Origin: Pseudomonadota bacterium
Lineage (GTDB): Bacteria > Pseudomonadota > Gammaproteobacteria > Burkholderiales > JABEVD01
Assembly (NCBI GenBank): GCA_021802655.1
Contig: JAJZRP010000004.1
Location: 3,288 to 67,287 of the forward strand
Reading direction: 5' to 3'
DNA length: 64,000 nucleotides
Part shown: piece after piece, positions 9,777 through 17,621 of the stretch
Layout of the letters: every line of letters starts with the position of its first letter
Numbering within the stretch: position 1 is the stretch's first letter
Made by a program: the position numbers and the translations under genes
The notes under the pieces: model-generated
What the model was told of the DNA's origin: nothing
Databases searched by the model: none
The model's input: the letters and a program-made list of their open reading frames with translations, nothing else

Positions 9777-10583
9777 TCAGAATGCGTAGCCCAACCCGAC
9801 CCTCAGCGTCGTGTAGCTGGTCTTGCTGTCCGGCTCATAATACGCACCGTAAACCGCGCTCATCCCGTACTTGAAAGACGTGTAATCGGCGCCGATGTTT
9901 CCGTGGAAATTCTGGGTGAATGCATAATCCGCCGAAAGGCCGAATTTATACAGGGTAGAATTGCCGAGCGCACCTGAAAACCCGGTAAGGCCGGGGCCGG
10001 ACCCGACATCGATATTCGACCCGAAAGTGCTGCCGATCAGGGCGTTGGCCGTGAACACCAGCCCGCTCACGGGCGAAGTGCACTGGCCGAGCGCACCTAT
10101 CCCGTAATAGTTGTGCGTGTAGGTTTCGCCGTAATTGACGCCCCTGTCCCAGCTGTGGTGTCCGATTTCGATATACGGCGTCAGCATCGCTTCATCCCCG
10201 ATAACAAACCCCGTCCCGTAGCGCGCGCTGTAGTTGGCGAGGGTCGCCCCGGATTGCCCGACCACGGAACCGTATGCTCCCCCGCCGACAGGAGCTCCGA
10301 CATAGTTGGTATGACCGCTGTTGTGGTCATACTCAACCTGGATATAGTCGTTTCCGAGCCACAGATCCTGCATGGTGGAAAGGGAAAGCGCATAGCCTGG
10401 AACACTGCCGGATTCCGTATCCGCAGTAGCACCGTTAGCCGTTTCAGTGTAATTGACGCTGGTGGATATGAGCTGGATGCCAACCTGATTGTTGACCGCC
10501 ACAATATCTGCCGTATCGGCAACTGCCGTCGCAGAAGCTGTCATGCAGGCGATGGATAGGGCGATTTTTGCGACTTTCATCAT
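9777..10583 (-). CDS. outer-membrane beta-barrel protein, family not recognised
   Basis: 268 aa. Signal peptide MMKVAKIALSIACMTASATAVA. Alternating aromatic/Gly-rich strands. C-terminal ...RVGLGYAF beta-signal ending in Phe. Confidence 0.65.
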   Translation of the reverse strand: MMKVAKIALSIACMTASATAVADTADIVAVNNQVGIQLISTSVNYTETANGATADTESGSVPGYALSLSTMQDLWLGNDYIQVEYDHNSGHTNYVGAPVGGGAYGSVVGQSGATLANYSARYGTGFVIGDEAMLTPYIEIGHHSWDRGVNYGETYTHNYYGIGALGQCTSPVSGLVFTANALIGSTFGSNIDVGSGPGLTGFSGALGNSTLYKFGLSADYAFTQNFHGNIGADYTSFKYGMSAVYGAYYEPDSKTSYTTLRVGLGYAF

Positions 10584-10748
10584 TATTCCCCAATGCGGTG
10601 GTTAGAAAATTGAGCCTAATATATCCACATAAGCTTACACCAGACTTTCACGAGAACTGCCGGCCATGAAGCCTTGCTTCTTCAAGCCAATACTGACCGT
10701 TTTACCGAATTTTGCTATCCTGTGTCCAAACTTCACGGGGAATACCAC

Positions 10749-11105
10749 ATGCGATTCATGCTTTTTCTTCTGCTGCTGCCGCTTGCGGCATGCTCGGGGG
10801 GGAACGGCAGCAACCTCAGGGTCGGGACCGTGTTTTCCCCCAACCCCGATGTCGTCACCTGCCCGACCGGGGATCTTCTCGAAAAAATCAGGCAATACGC
10901 CGCCGCAAAGGACGAGAAGGGTTACAATTCGATGCTTCTGGACGGCGGCGGCCTTTGCACGACATTGCCCTCTGCCGCGACTTTGAGCGTCGCGGAAGTT
11001 GCGGGAGACATGATCCGAGTCCGGCCTGCCAGCGCTCCGAATGCAAAAGGGGTATGGGCTTCCCCGCGCATTCTGGAGAAGCCTGACGGTCACATGGGAC
11101 CGTAG
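10749..11105 (+). CDS. small lipoprotein, function unknown
   Basis: ATG 10749 inside ORF 10674..11105 gives MRFMLFLLLLPLAACSG with a lipobox (LAAC); 118 aa. Confidence 0.6.
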   Translation: MRFMLFLLLLPLAACSGGNGSNLRVGTVFSPNPDVVTCPTGDLLEKIRQYAAAKDEKGYNSMLLDGGGLCTTLPSAATLSVAEVAGDMIRVRPASAPNAKGVWASPRILEKPDGHMGP

Positions 11106-12286
11106 CGTTTCCGCAGATCCGAATACAAACCGAAGGAAGTCCGTATCAAGGCGGATAAACTTCTCGCCAGAGGCTCCGCCAGTGCCGTTTTGCCGGCATG
11201 CATGGGGGGCTTTGCGCCGTCGCAGACGACCTTGTTCCTGCCCGTGTGCTTGGCTTGGTAAAGCGCCCTGTCGGCATCCGAGATCATGCGTCCGGCCAGA
11301 ACGCCGTTGTCGCTCGCGCCATCTGCCGGCAGCATAGACAAGCCGATCGAGATGGTTATTCCGGGCATCCCGCTCCCGAAAGGCTCGGCTGCAATCCTGG
11401 CGCGGATGCGTTCTGCGATATCCAGCGCATGGTTGGCCGCAGTTTGCGGGAGAAGCGCGACAAACTCTTCTCCGCCATAACGCGCAACGGTATCCCCCGC
11501 GCGCAACTGACCCTGGATGATGCGGGCTACACTGCGCAGCACTTCATCGCCCACCTGGTGGCCGTAGGTATCGTTGATCCGCTTGAATCTGTCGACATCG
11601 AGAAACATGCAGGCAAGCGGATGCTTGTGGCGACGCGCAAGGCTGATCTCCGTCTGACAGCGATGCTCGAAATAGCGCCTGTTCTGGACCCCCGTCAGCC
11701 CGTCGGTCAACCCGAGCAACTTCAGACGCTCCTGGTTCAGGGTGCTTTCAAGGCAAACGGAGATGATTGCGGCAAGGCGCTCTAGGAATCGGGTCCCGCT
11801 GACACTGTCGTACCGTTCGGGATTGTCGCTGCCGAAATGGAGGCTGCCGATCAATTCGCCCTGCCGAGCCAGAGGCAGAAGCGCAACAGAGGCGATATTG
11901 CCGCGATTTTCCCTGAAAAGCTCCCCGTGGATCGAAGCATCGAACCTGCCCAGACGCGGGTTTCGATTTTCGCCATACAACTTTTCGAGAGCAGCTCCCG
12001 ACCCGAGCAATGTCAGTCCCGGAGCCGATACCGGCTCGGCCTCAAGAATTCTGGCCACTTCGTATTCCGCATCGACCAGCGCCAGGGTCACATGTTCCAC
12101 ACCGAAAGCCGATTTGTATTCCGAGAGCAGCATGCCGACCAGTTCGGCCAGAGAGGCCGCGCCTATCAGCTGACGCTCGAGCTGGTCGAAGCGGCGCATC
12201 TTGTCCTCGTTGCAACGCGCCTCGTGGAGAAGCGCCTCGAGCTGTTGACGAAGAGAAAAATTTTCAGCATGGAGATTATTGCCCAT
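11090..12286 (-). CDS. GAF/DUF484-like sensor diguanylate cyclase (GGDEF)
   Basis: 398 aa. N-terminal coiled coil plus GAF-like region. Active-site GGEEF with an RAGD I-site five residues upstream; RYFEHR, DVDRFKRINDTYGH. Confidence 0.85.
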   Translation of the reverse strand: MGNNLHAENFSLRQQLEALLHEARCNEDKMRRFDQLERQLIGAASLAELVGMLLSEYKSAFGVEHVTLALVDAEYEVARILEAEPVSAPGLTLLGSGAALEKLYGENRNPRLGRFDASIHGELFRENRGNIASVALLPLARQGELIGSLHFGSDNPERYDSVSGTRFLERLAAIISVCLESTLNQERLKLLGLTDGLTGVQNRRYFEHRCQTEISLARRHKHPLACMFLDVDRFKRINDTYGHQVGDEVLRSVARIIQGQLRAGDTVARYGGEEFVALLPQTAANHALDIAERIRARIAAEPFGSGMPGITISIGLSMLPADGASDNGVLAGRMISDADRALYQAKHTGRNKVVCDGAKPPMHAGKTALAEPLARSLSALIRTSFGLYSDLRKRYGPM

Positions 12287-12365
12287 GACGACATTATCGG
12301 CGCTTCATGCGGATTCTTTAGCCAGAACCATTTTCCGCCACGCAGGATTCGAGCATAATAATCCC

Positions 12366-12551
12366 ATGACAACGAAACCGGACAAAAAGCGCCCGGACTG
12401 CAACAGTTGCGCCCACTACTACATTACCCACGACGCCAGTTTCAGATATGGCTGCCGCGCATTCGCCTTCAAAAGCCAAAGGCTGCCGATCCTGGACGTC
12501 GCGGAAGCCTCCGGAGAGCAGTGTCTTTACTTCCGCCAGAAAAGGCGATGA
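12366..12551 (+). CDS. small conserved-looking Cys-containing protein (61 aa), function unknown
   Basis: ATG 12366 inside ORF 12279..12551: MTTKPDKKRPDCNSCAHYYITHDASFRYGCRAFAFKSQRLP...GEQCLYF (CxxC plus two further Cys). Followed by a strong terminator. Confidence 0.5.
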   Translation: MTTKPDKKRPDCNSCAHYYITHDASFRYGCRAFAFKSQRLPILDVAEASGEQCLYFRQKRR

Positions 12552-12574
12552 CTTTATACATGCGCTCCAAATGT

Positions 12575-12600
12575 AAAAACGGGCCGGCAGGCCCGTTTTG
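12575..12600. terminator. bidirectional rho-independent terminator
   Basis: AAAAACGGGCC-GGCA-GGCCCGTTTTG: a 7-bp GC stem flanked by an A-tract and a T-tract, between convergent small genes. Confidence 0.8.
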
Positions 12601-12631
12601 CGACATGCCGGCCGATCGGCCGACCCGTCGG

Positions 12632-12736
12632 TCACCTGCCCTTTTGATACAGGTAACAGCTTCCCAGATAAACTACTGCACAAACGATCAATACGACGAT
12701 GCCGCCTGCATTTGTGAACTGGATTGCATCAGCCAT
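12632..12736 (-). CDS. unlisted 34-aa hydrophobic small protein
   Basis: Minus-strand reading AAAGGAGAGATGTAA-ATG GCT GAT GCA ... gives MADAIQFTNAGGIVVLIVCAVVYLGSCYLYQKGR, then TGA. Strong Shine-Dalgarno 8 nt upstream. One TM helix with a basic C-terminus. Ends 31 nt before the bidirectional terminator. Below the ORF-track size cut-off. Confidence 0.5.
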   Translation of the reverse strand: MADAIQFTNAGGIVVLIVCAVVYLGSCYLYQKGR

Positions 12737-12917
12737 TTACATCTCTCCTTTAGTAGTTATGTTGGTACAACTTGCTCCGTGCCTTTCGGCAACTTTAATT
12801 ATGGCATTGTTTCGCAAAAAATTAACATTATCAGCAGGATGGATATTTCGGATTTCCAGGAAGGGATATCAGAAACAGCTTGAAGAAAAATGGATATTGC
12901 AGGAAAAAGCCTGAGAT

Positions 12918-13625
12918 TCAGCCCAGCAGGCGGAAGAATTCCTCCCTCACCACACCGTAGCACTCACAGCACTCGCACTCCAGGCGCCGCCTGTCGAGCA
13001 CCGTGACATGCCCGCGCCTGTAATCGATCAGCCCGTCGCCACGCAGTTCTCCCGACACCTTGGTCACGCTTTCCCGGCGAACGCCGAGCATGTGGGCTGT
13101 GGTCTGCTGCGTCAGGGCGAACCTGTCAGACAGCGCCCTGTCGTGAATCAGCAGCAGGTGAAGGCAAAGCTGCTGGCGCAGCGAATGATGCCGCCCGCAA
13201 ATCGACAACTGAGCCATCTGGGTGAAAAGCGCCTGGGTGTAGAGAAGCAGGATGTGCCTCAGGTTTCTGGAGCGGTCGAGTTCCCGTTTGAGAATTTTTC
13301 CGTCCAGCCGGAAGGCCTGGCCGGAGGTCTCCACTACGGCCATATAGGGCATGGTTTCCCCACCGAGGATGGGAACGATGCTGAACATGCCCTCGTTCCC
13401 GATGAGTGCGATTTCGGACGATGTTCCATGGTCCATCGGATAATAGAGCGAGACCATGCTATCCACCGGGAAATAAACGAAACGCGATATTTTGTTCGGT
13501 TCGGCCAGGATATCGCCCACCCTGAGAGAAACCCGCTCGAGGGCGGGAAGGAGGTGCGCATATTCGGAAGGCGGGAGCATTTCCAGAAGACGGTTCTGAC
13601 GGGGATCAGCTATTTTATTATTCAT
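12918..13625 (-). CDS. Crp/Fnr family transcriptional regulator with Cys-rich C-terminal tail
   Basis: 235 aa. cNMP-binding-like beta-roll, C-terminal HTH (TQQTTAHMLGVRRESVTKVSGELR), unusual tail LECECCECYGVV. Confidence 0.8.
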   Translation of the reverse strand: MNNKIADPRQNRLLEMLPPSEYAHLLPALERVSLRVGDILAEPNKISRFVYFPVDSMVSLYYPMDHGTSSEIALIGNEGMFSIVPILGGETMPYMAVVETSGQAFRLDGKILKRELDRSRNLRHILLLYTQALFTQMAQLSICGRHHSLRQQLCLHLLLIHDRALSDRFALTQQTTAHMLGVRRESVTKVSGELRGDGLIDYRRGHVTVLDRRRLECECCECYGVVREEFFRLLG

Positions 13626-13783
13626 TGGACTACCGGGTGAATCTAACTAACTGGAAATTATATCGATATCTCGCCCGACAGTATGTACGCAATCTAACAC
13701 AAGCACGACACAAACGCTTCGTATTGCTATACTCTCAGGCGAGCTTCCTGGCATCTCGTCGCCGGGGCATTTATCAATATTTT

Positions 13784-14659
13784 ATGGCTTCATCTACCAT
13801 GAGCGAAGAAGAACTGCTTGACCGGGAAATGGAAAAAGTCATCAACAGCGTCGGGATTCCCCCCAGGCCGACGATACTGATGGAACTCGATGCCGAAATA
13901 AAGAAGGACGAACCGAGTTACAGAAAAATAGAACAGATGGTTTCGTCGGACGTGGGGCTTTCCGCAACGCTCCTCAAGACCGTGAACTCCCCCTTCTTCG
14001 GATTGCGCAACAAGGCCACCACGATCAGCCAGGCGGTATCCGTGCTGGGTTTGTCCACATTGGCCAGAACGATAACCGGGCTGATGCTGAGGCAGGTTTT
14101 CGCCAAATCCGGGCAGATCGACATGGAAAGTTTCTGGGACGCATCCGCCAAGGTCGCCATGATGACTTCCCATATCGCCGAACAGCTTCCCGGCATGAAC
14201 AGGGATGAAGCTTACACCTTCGGGCTTTTTCAGAACTGCGGCATCCCGATCCTGATGCGGCGTTTTCCAGACTACAAAAAAACTTTCGGCCTGGCCGAAC
14301 GCTCCATGGACAGGAAGTTCACCGAAATCGAGGATGAGTTTTACAACACCAATCACGCCACGGTAGGCTACCTTCTCGCAAAAAACTGGAATCTGCCGAA
14401 TACGCTTTCCAGCGCAATCCGGTTCCACCACGAATACGACCTGCTCGCCGAATCGCAATCCCTGCTGCCCGCGGAGAGCCAGCATCTGGTTGCTCTTGCC
14501 CTGCTCGCCGAACGCGCCATCCAGCTTCATTTCCGTCTGCCCGATTCGGCGGAATGGCACAAGGGAGGGCAAATCGCGCTGCAGCACCTGGGACTGTCCG
14601 CCGGCGAATTCGGGGAAATCGTCGACGATGTCAAGACCTTCCTGGACGGGCAGGATTGA
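13784..14659 (+). CDS. HDOD domain signalling protein
   Basis: ATG 13784 inside ORF 13625..14659. IPPRPTILMELD..., DVGLSATLLKTVNSPFFGL..ISQAVSVLGL and HHEYD fit the HDOD pattern. Confidence 0.75.
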   Translation: MASSTMSEEELLDREMEKVINSVGIPPRPTILMELDAEIKKDEPSYRKIEQMVSSDVGLSATLLKTVNSPFFGLRNKATTISQAVSVLGLSTLARTITGLMLRQVFAKSGQIDMESFWDASAKVAMMTSHIAEQLPGMNRDEAYTFGLFQNCGIPILMRRFPDYKKTFGLAERSMDRKFTEIEDEFYNTNHATVGYLLAKNWNLPNTLSSAIRFHHEYDLLAESQSLLPAESQHLVALALLAERAIQLHFRLPDSAEWHKGGQIALQHLGLSAGEFGEIVDDVKTFLDGQD

Positions 14660-14700
14660 GTCGATTTATACTGTAAGGCTTTTCAGTATCAGAGGCTTTC

Positions 14701-15081
14701 ATGCAAAGAACCATGCTGAGTTCGAAACTTCACAGGGTGAGGGTTACGCACGCCGAATTGCATTACGAGGGCTCCTGCGCGATCGACGAAAACCTGCTCG
14801 ATGCAGCCGACATTCGCGAGTATCAGCAAATCGACATCTACAACGTGAGCAATGGCGAACGATTCACGACCTATGCGATCAGGGCGGAAAGGGGTTCCGG
14901 CGTCATTTCGGTGAACGGCGCGGCGGCGCACAAGGCTTCCCCGGGGGACATCGTGATCATCGCAACCTATGCATGCTACGATGAAATAGAGCTTTCCAGC
15001 TTCAAGCCGAAGCTGATCTATGTGGACGAAGCCAACCGCATCGTGGGAGAGCGCAGCAGCATCCCCCTCCAGGCAGCCTAG
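14701..15081 (+). CDS. panD: aspartate 1-decarboxylase
   Basis: 126 aa. [30 protein letters not shown] contains the self-processing G-S site and the family N-terminus. Confidence 0.95.
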   Translation: MQRTMLSSKLHRVRVTHAELHYEGSCAIDENLLDAADIREYQQIDIYNVSNGERFTTYAIRAERGSGVISVNGAAAHKASPGDIVIIATYACYDEIELSSFKPKLIYVDEANRIVGERSSIPLQAA

Positions 15082-15554
15082 TGGTGGTGGTCCCCGTCGT
15101 GGGTATGGCCGTGTTCGATTTCTTCTTTCGTGGCAGGACGGATCGCCGTCACCGTGCAACTGAAAGTCAGCTTCATCCCCGCCAGCGGGTGATTGCCGTC
15201 GACGACGACCTTGTCCGGCGTCACGTCGGTTACGGTATAAATCAGCATATCCTCGGACTCTTCTTCGCCCCCTTCGAAGCGCATACCGACTTCGACTTCG
15301 GACGGGAAAAGCCCTCTCGGCTCGACGCGGATCAGATTGGGGTCGATTTCGCCGAAGGCGTTTTCCGGCTCCATTTCGACCGTGCATGAAAATCCCACTG
15401 CCTGCTCATGCAAGGCCTCCTCGACCTGGGGAAAGATCCCGTCGTAACCGCCGTGAAGGTAGCTGACAGGCGCTTCCGTCTTTTCGAGAAGATTGCCAGA
15501 ATCGTCGGTCAGTTCGAAGTCGAGGGACACGACAGTGTTTTTTTCGATGCGCAT
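15078..15554 (-). CDS. slyD: FKBP-type peptidyl-prolyl isomerase SlyD with His-rich tail
   Basis: 158 aa. [18 protein letters not shown]..., IF-domain insertion, C-terminal [11 protein letters not shown]. Confidence 0.85.
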   Translation of the reverse strand: MRIEKNTVVSLDFELTDDSGNLLEKTEAPVSYLHGGYDGIFPQVEEALHEQAVGFSCTVEMEPENAFGEIDPNLIRVEPRGLFPSEVEVGMRFEGGEEESEDMLIYTVTDVTPDKVVVDGNHPLAGMKLTFSCTVTAIRPATKEEIEHGHTHDGDHHH

Positions 15555-15620
15555 TGAGAGGCCGTCCGTGAAATTGAATTGGTAACGGAATTCTAACCCA
15601 TTTCACGATGTTTTTTTGGA

Positions 15621-15626
15621 TATAAT
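15621..15626 (+). promoter_or_regulatory. consensus -10 hexamer TATAAT immediately upstream of the roxA-like start (possible leaderless transcript)
   Basis: TATAAT at 15621-15626, ATG at 15633, no Shine-Dalgarno in between. No convincing -35. Confidence 0.25.
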
Positions 15627-15632
15627 TCGAAA

Positions 15633-16748
15633 ATGCTGGGAGATATCAAACCATCCGAATTCCTGCGCGATTACTGGCACAAGAAACCGCTTCTGATCCG
15701 CAACGCCATCCCGGACTTCAAGGGACTCTTGAGCCCGGATGAGCTGATCGAACTCGCCTCGATGGAAGAAGCGCAATCCCGCCTCGTGACTTTCGACAAG
15801 AGCAAATGGTCCCTGGAAAACGGGCCTTTCGAGAAAAGGCGCTTCAGGAAATTGCCGGAATGCTGGACCCTCCTGGTCCAGGGCGTCAATCACTTCCTCC
15901 CTGAAGGCGCGAAGCTGCTCGGGCAATTCGATTTCATTCCCCATGCGAGACTGGACGATCTCATGGTCAGCTTCGCCCCTGACGGCGGCGGAGTGGGGCC
16001 GCATTTCGATTCCTACGACGTATTCCTGCTCCAGGGCATGGGGAATCGGCGCTGGCAGATTTCGGCAAAACAGGACAGCGCATTGATTCCGGATGCGCCG
16101 CTCAGGATACTCGCCCGCTTCGAGCCCGAACAGGAATGGATACTGGAGCCCGGCGACATGCTCTACCTTCCTCCCAAATACGCGCACAACGGCGTGGCGA
16201 TGGGGGATTCGATGACCTATTCGATCGGCTTCAGGGCACCCTCCCATCAGGAACTGGCGACCCAGTTTCTGGTCTACCTTCAGGATCATCTGGAAACGGA
16301 AGGAATGTACGAGGACCCTGATCTGCAAAGACAGGATCATCCCGCGGAGATCGGGGTTGCCATGCAGGAGAAGGTTTCTCGCATCCTGGACCGGATACGC
16401 TGGAGAGACGACGATATCGAACGCTTTCTCGGCATGTACCTTTCCGAACCCAAGCCCCATCTTTTTTTCGATCCGCCCGCACGCCCCGCCTCAAAAAAGC
16501 GTTTTCTCGGGCAAATCGGAAAATTCGGCATCCATCTCGATCTCAAGTCGCAGATGCTTTTCACCCGAAAGCATCTTTTCATCAATGGGGAAATCCTGTC
16601 TTTCGACGGACTGGACAGGGTTTTCCTGATGGCGCTTGCCGACCGGCGCGAACTGTTTCCGGCAAAAACCGACCCCGAGACGTCATCCCTGCTTTACCAG
16701 TGGTACCAGGACGGCTATATTGGAATCGGGAGACAAATCGATGGATGA
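15633..16748 (+). CDS. roxA: JmjC/cupin ribosomal oxygenase (YcfD/RoxA-like, uL16 arginine hydroxylase family)
   Basis: 371 aa, collinear with E. coli YcfD as I recall it (FLRDYWHKKPLLIR, LLVQGVNHF, DDLMVSFAPDGGGVGPHFDSYDVFLLQG.G.RRW, GDMLYLPPKYAHNG). Confidence 0.8.
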   Translation: MLGDIKPSEFLRDYWHKKPLLIRNAIPDFKGLLSPDELIELASMEEAQSRLVTFDKSKWSLENGPFEKRRFRKLPECWTLLVQGVNHFLPEGAKLLGQFDFIPHARLDDLMVSFAPDGGGVGPHFDSYDVFLLQGMGNRRWQISAKQDSALIPDAPLRILARFEPEQEWILEPGDMLYLPPKYAHNGVAMGDSMTYSIGFRAPSHQELATQFLVYLQDHLETEGMYEDPDLQRQDHPAEIGVAMQEKVSRILDRIRWRDDDIERFLGMYLSEPKPHLFFDPPARPASKKRFLGQIGKFGIHLDLKSQMLFTRKHLFINGEILSFDGLDRVFLMALADRRELFPAKTDPETSSLLYQWYQDGYIGIGRQIDG

Positions 16749-17226
16749 ACCCATACACCAGAAGCTCGACGGCCTCGCCGAATATTCCGCCGCCATCGAC
16801 GAGATTATCGGGCTGGCAAAACACCATGTCCGGATTTTCGATTACAATCTTGAAAATATGGGCTTCAATTCCCGGGACAGGCATGACAGGCTGCACGCCT
16901 TTCTGCTCGCCAACCCCGAGAACCGCCTGTCGATCGCCGTGCACAGTCCGGATTATCTGGACAGGCATTGCCCGCGCATGGTCATGCTGCTGCGGCGCTT
17001 CGGCCGCAATGTGGCGATCCACCGCACTCTGCCGACAATTTCCGAGGTCTGCGATCCCTTCTGCCTTGCAGACGGCAACCATTATGTGCGCCGCTTCCAT
17101 TTCGACGACCCGAGGGGCATTTCAGGCAAGAACGATTCCCACGAAGGAAGGCTGCTCATGCAACGCTTCGAGCAGATCTGGGAAGCTTCGGAAACTGCGA
17201 TTCAGACCGACATGGCTGGGCTATAA
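16741..17226 (+). CDS. hypothetical protein (162 aa), start overlaps the roxA stop
   Basis: ATGGATGA overlap at 16741-16748. Soluble protein MDEPIHQKLDGLAEY...; no motif recognised. Confidence 0.55.
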   Translation: MDEPIHQKLDGLAEYSAAIDEIIGLAKHHVRIFDYNLENMGFNSRDRHDRLHAFLLANPENRLSIAVHSPDYLDRHCPRMVMLLRRFGRNVAIHRTLPTISEVCDPFCLADGNHYVRRFHFDDPRGISGKNDSHEGRLLMQRFEQIWEASETAIQTDMAGL

Positions 17227-17355
17227 TAAAAAACTCATAGACTACTGGAAAACTTTGTCAAATCTGCTAGAATCTCAGGGTCGGTCGAATTCAAGCTTTC
17301 GGATGACCGATTGCTATTCAGGTTTTGTATCAACTTTAATTTAGGGAATAATATA

Positions 17356-17574
17356 ATGAACCGCTCGCTCCTCCTTGCTGCCTTGCTTGGCCTTACTTTG
17401 ACTGCTTGTGGCGAAAAGCCTGCTCCTGCTCCTGAAGCTGCTCCCGCTCCTGAAGCGCCTGCTGCTGCTCCCGCAGCGCCTGCCGCTCCTGCTGCCGACG
17501 CATCCGCTGCTGCACCTGCTGCCAGCGACGCTGGTGCTGCACCTGCCGCTCCTGCTGCGCCTGCTGCAAACTAA
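17356..17574 (+). CDS. small Ala/Pro-rich lipoprotein
   Basis: ATG 17356 gives MNRSLLLAALLGLTLTACG (lipobox), followed by low-complexity PAPAPEAAPAPEAPAAAPAAPAAPAA... Strong terminator downstream. Confidence 0.6.
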   Translation: MNRSLLLAALLGLTLTACGEKPAPAPEAAPAPEAPAAAPAAPAAPAADASAAAPAASDAGAAPAAPAAPAAN

Positions 17575-17588
17575 GCATCAAAGCTCAA

Positions 17589-17619
17589 CAAAAAAGCCGG
17601 CCTTGCGCCGGCTTTTTTG
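17589..17619. terminator. bidirectional rho-independent terminator
   Basis: AAAAAAGCCGGC-CTTGC-GCCGGCTTTTTT between the convergent lipoprotein gene and the MBL hydrolase gene. Confidence 0.85.
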
Positions 17620-17621
17620 TT

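Noticed and set aside
12699-12914. Listed 71-aa plus-strand ORF in the AT-rich spacer downstream of the Crp-family gene.
   Set aside because: No Shine-Dalgarno. The sequence is AT-rich and intergenic in composition. It overlaps the better-supported minus-strand 34-codon ORF. It could mark an antisense transcript, but I do not call it a gene.
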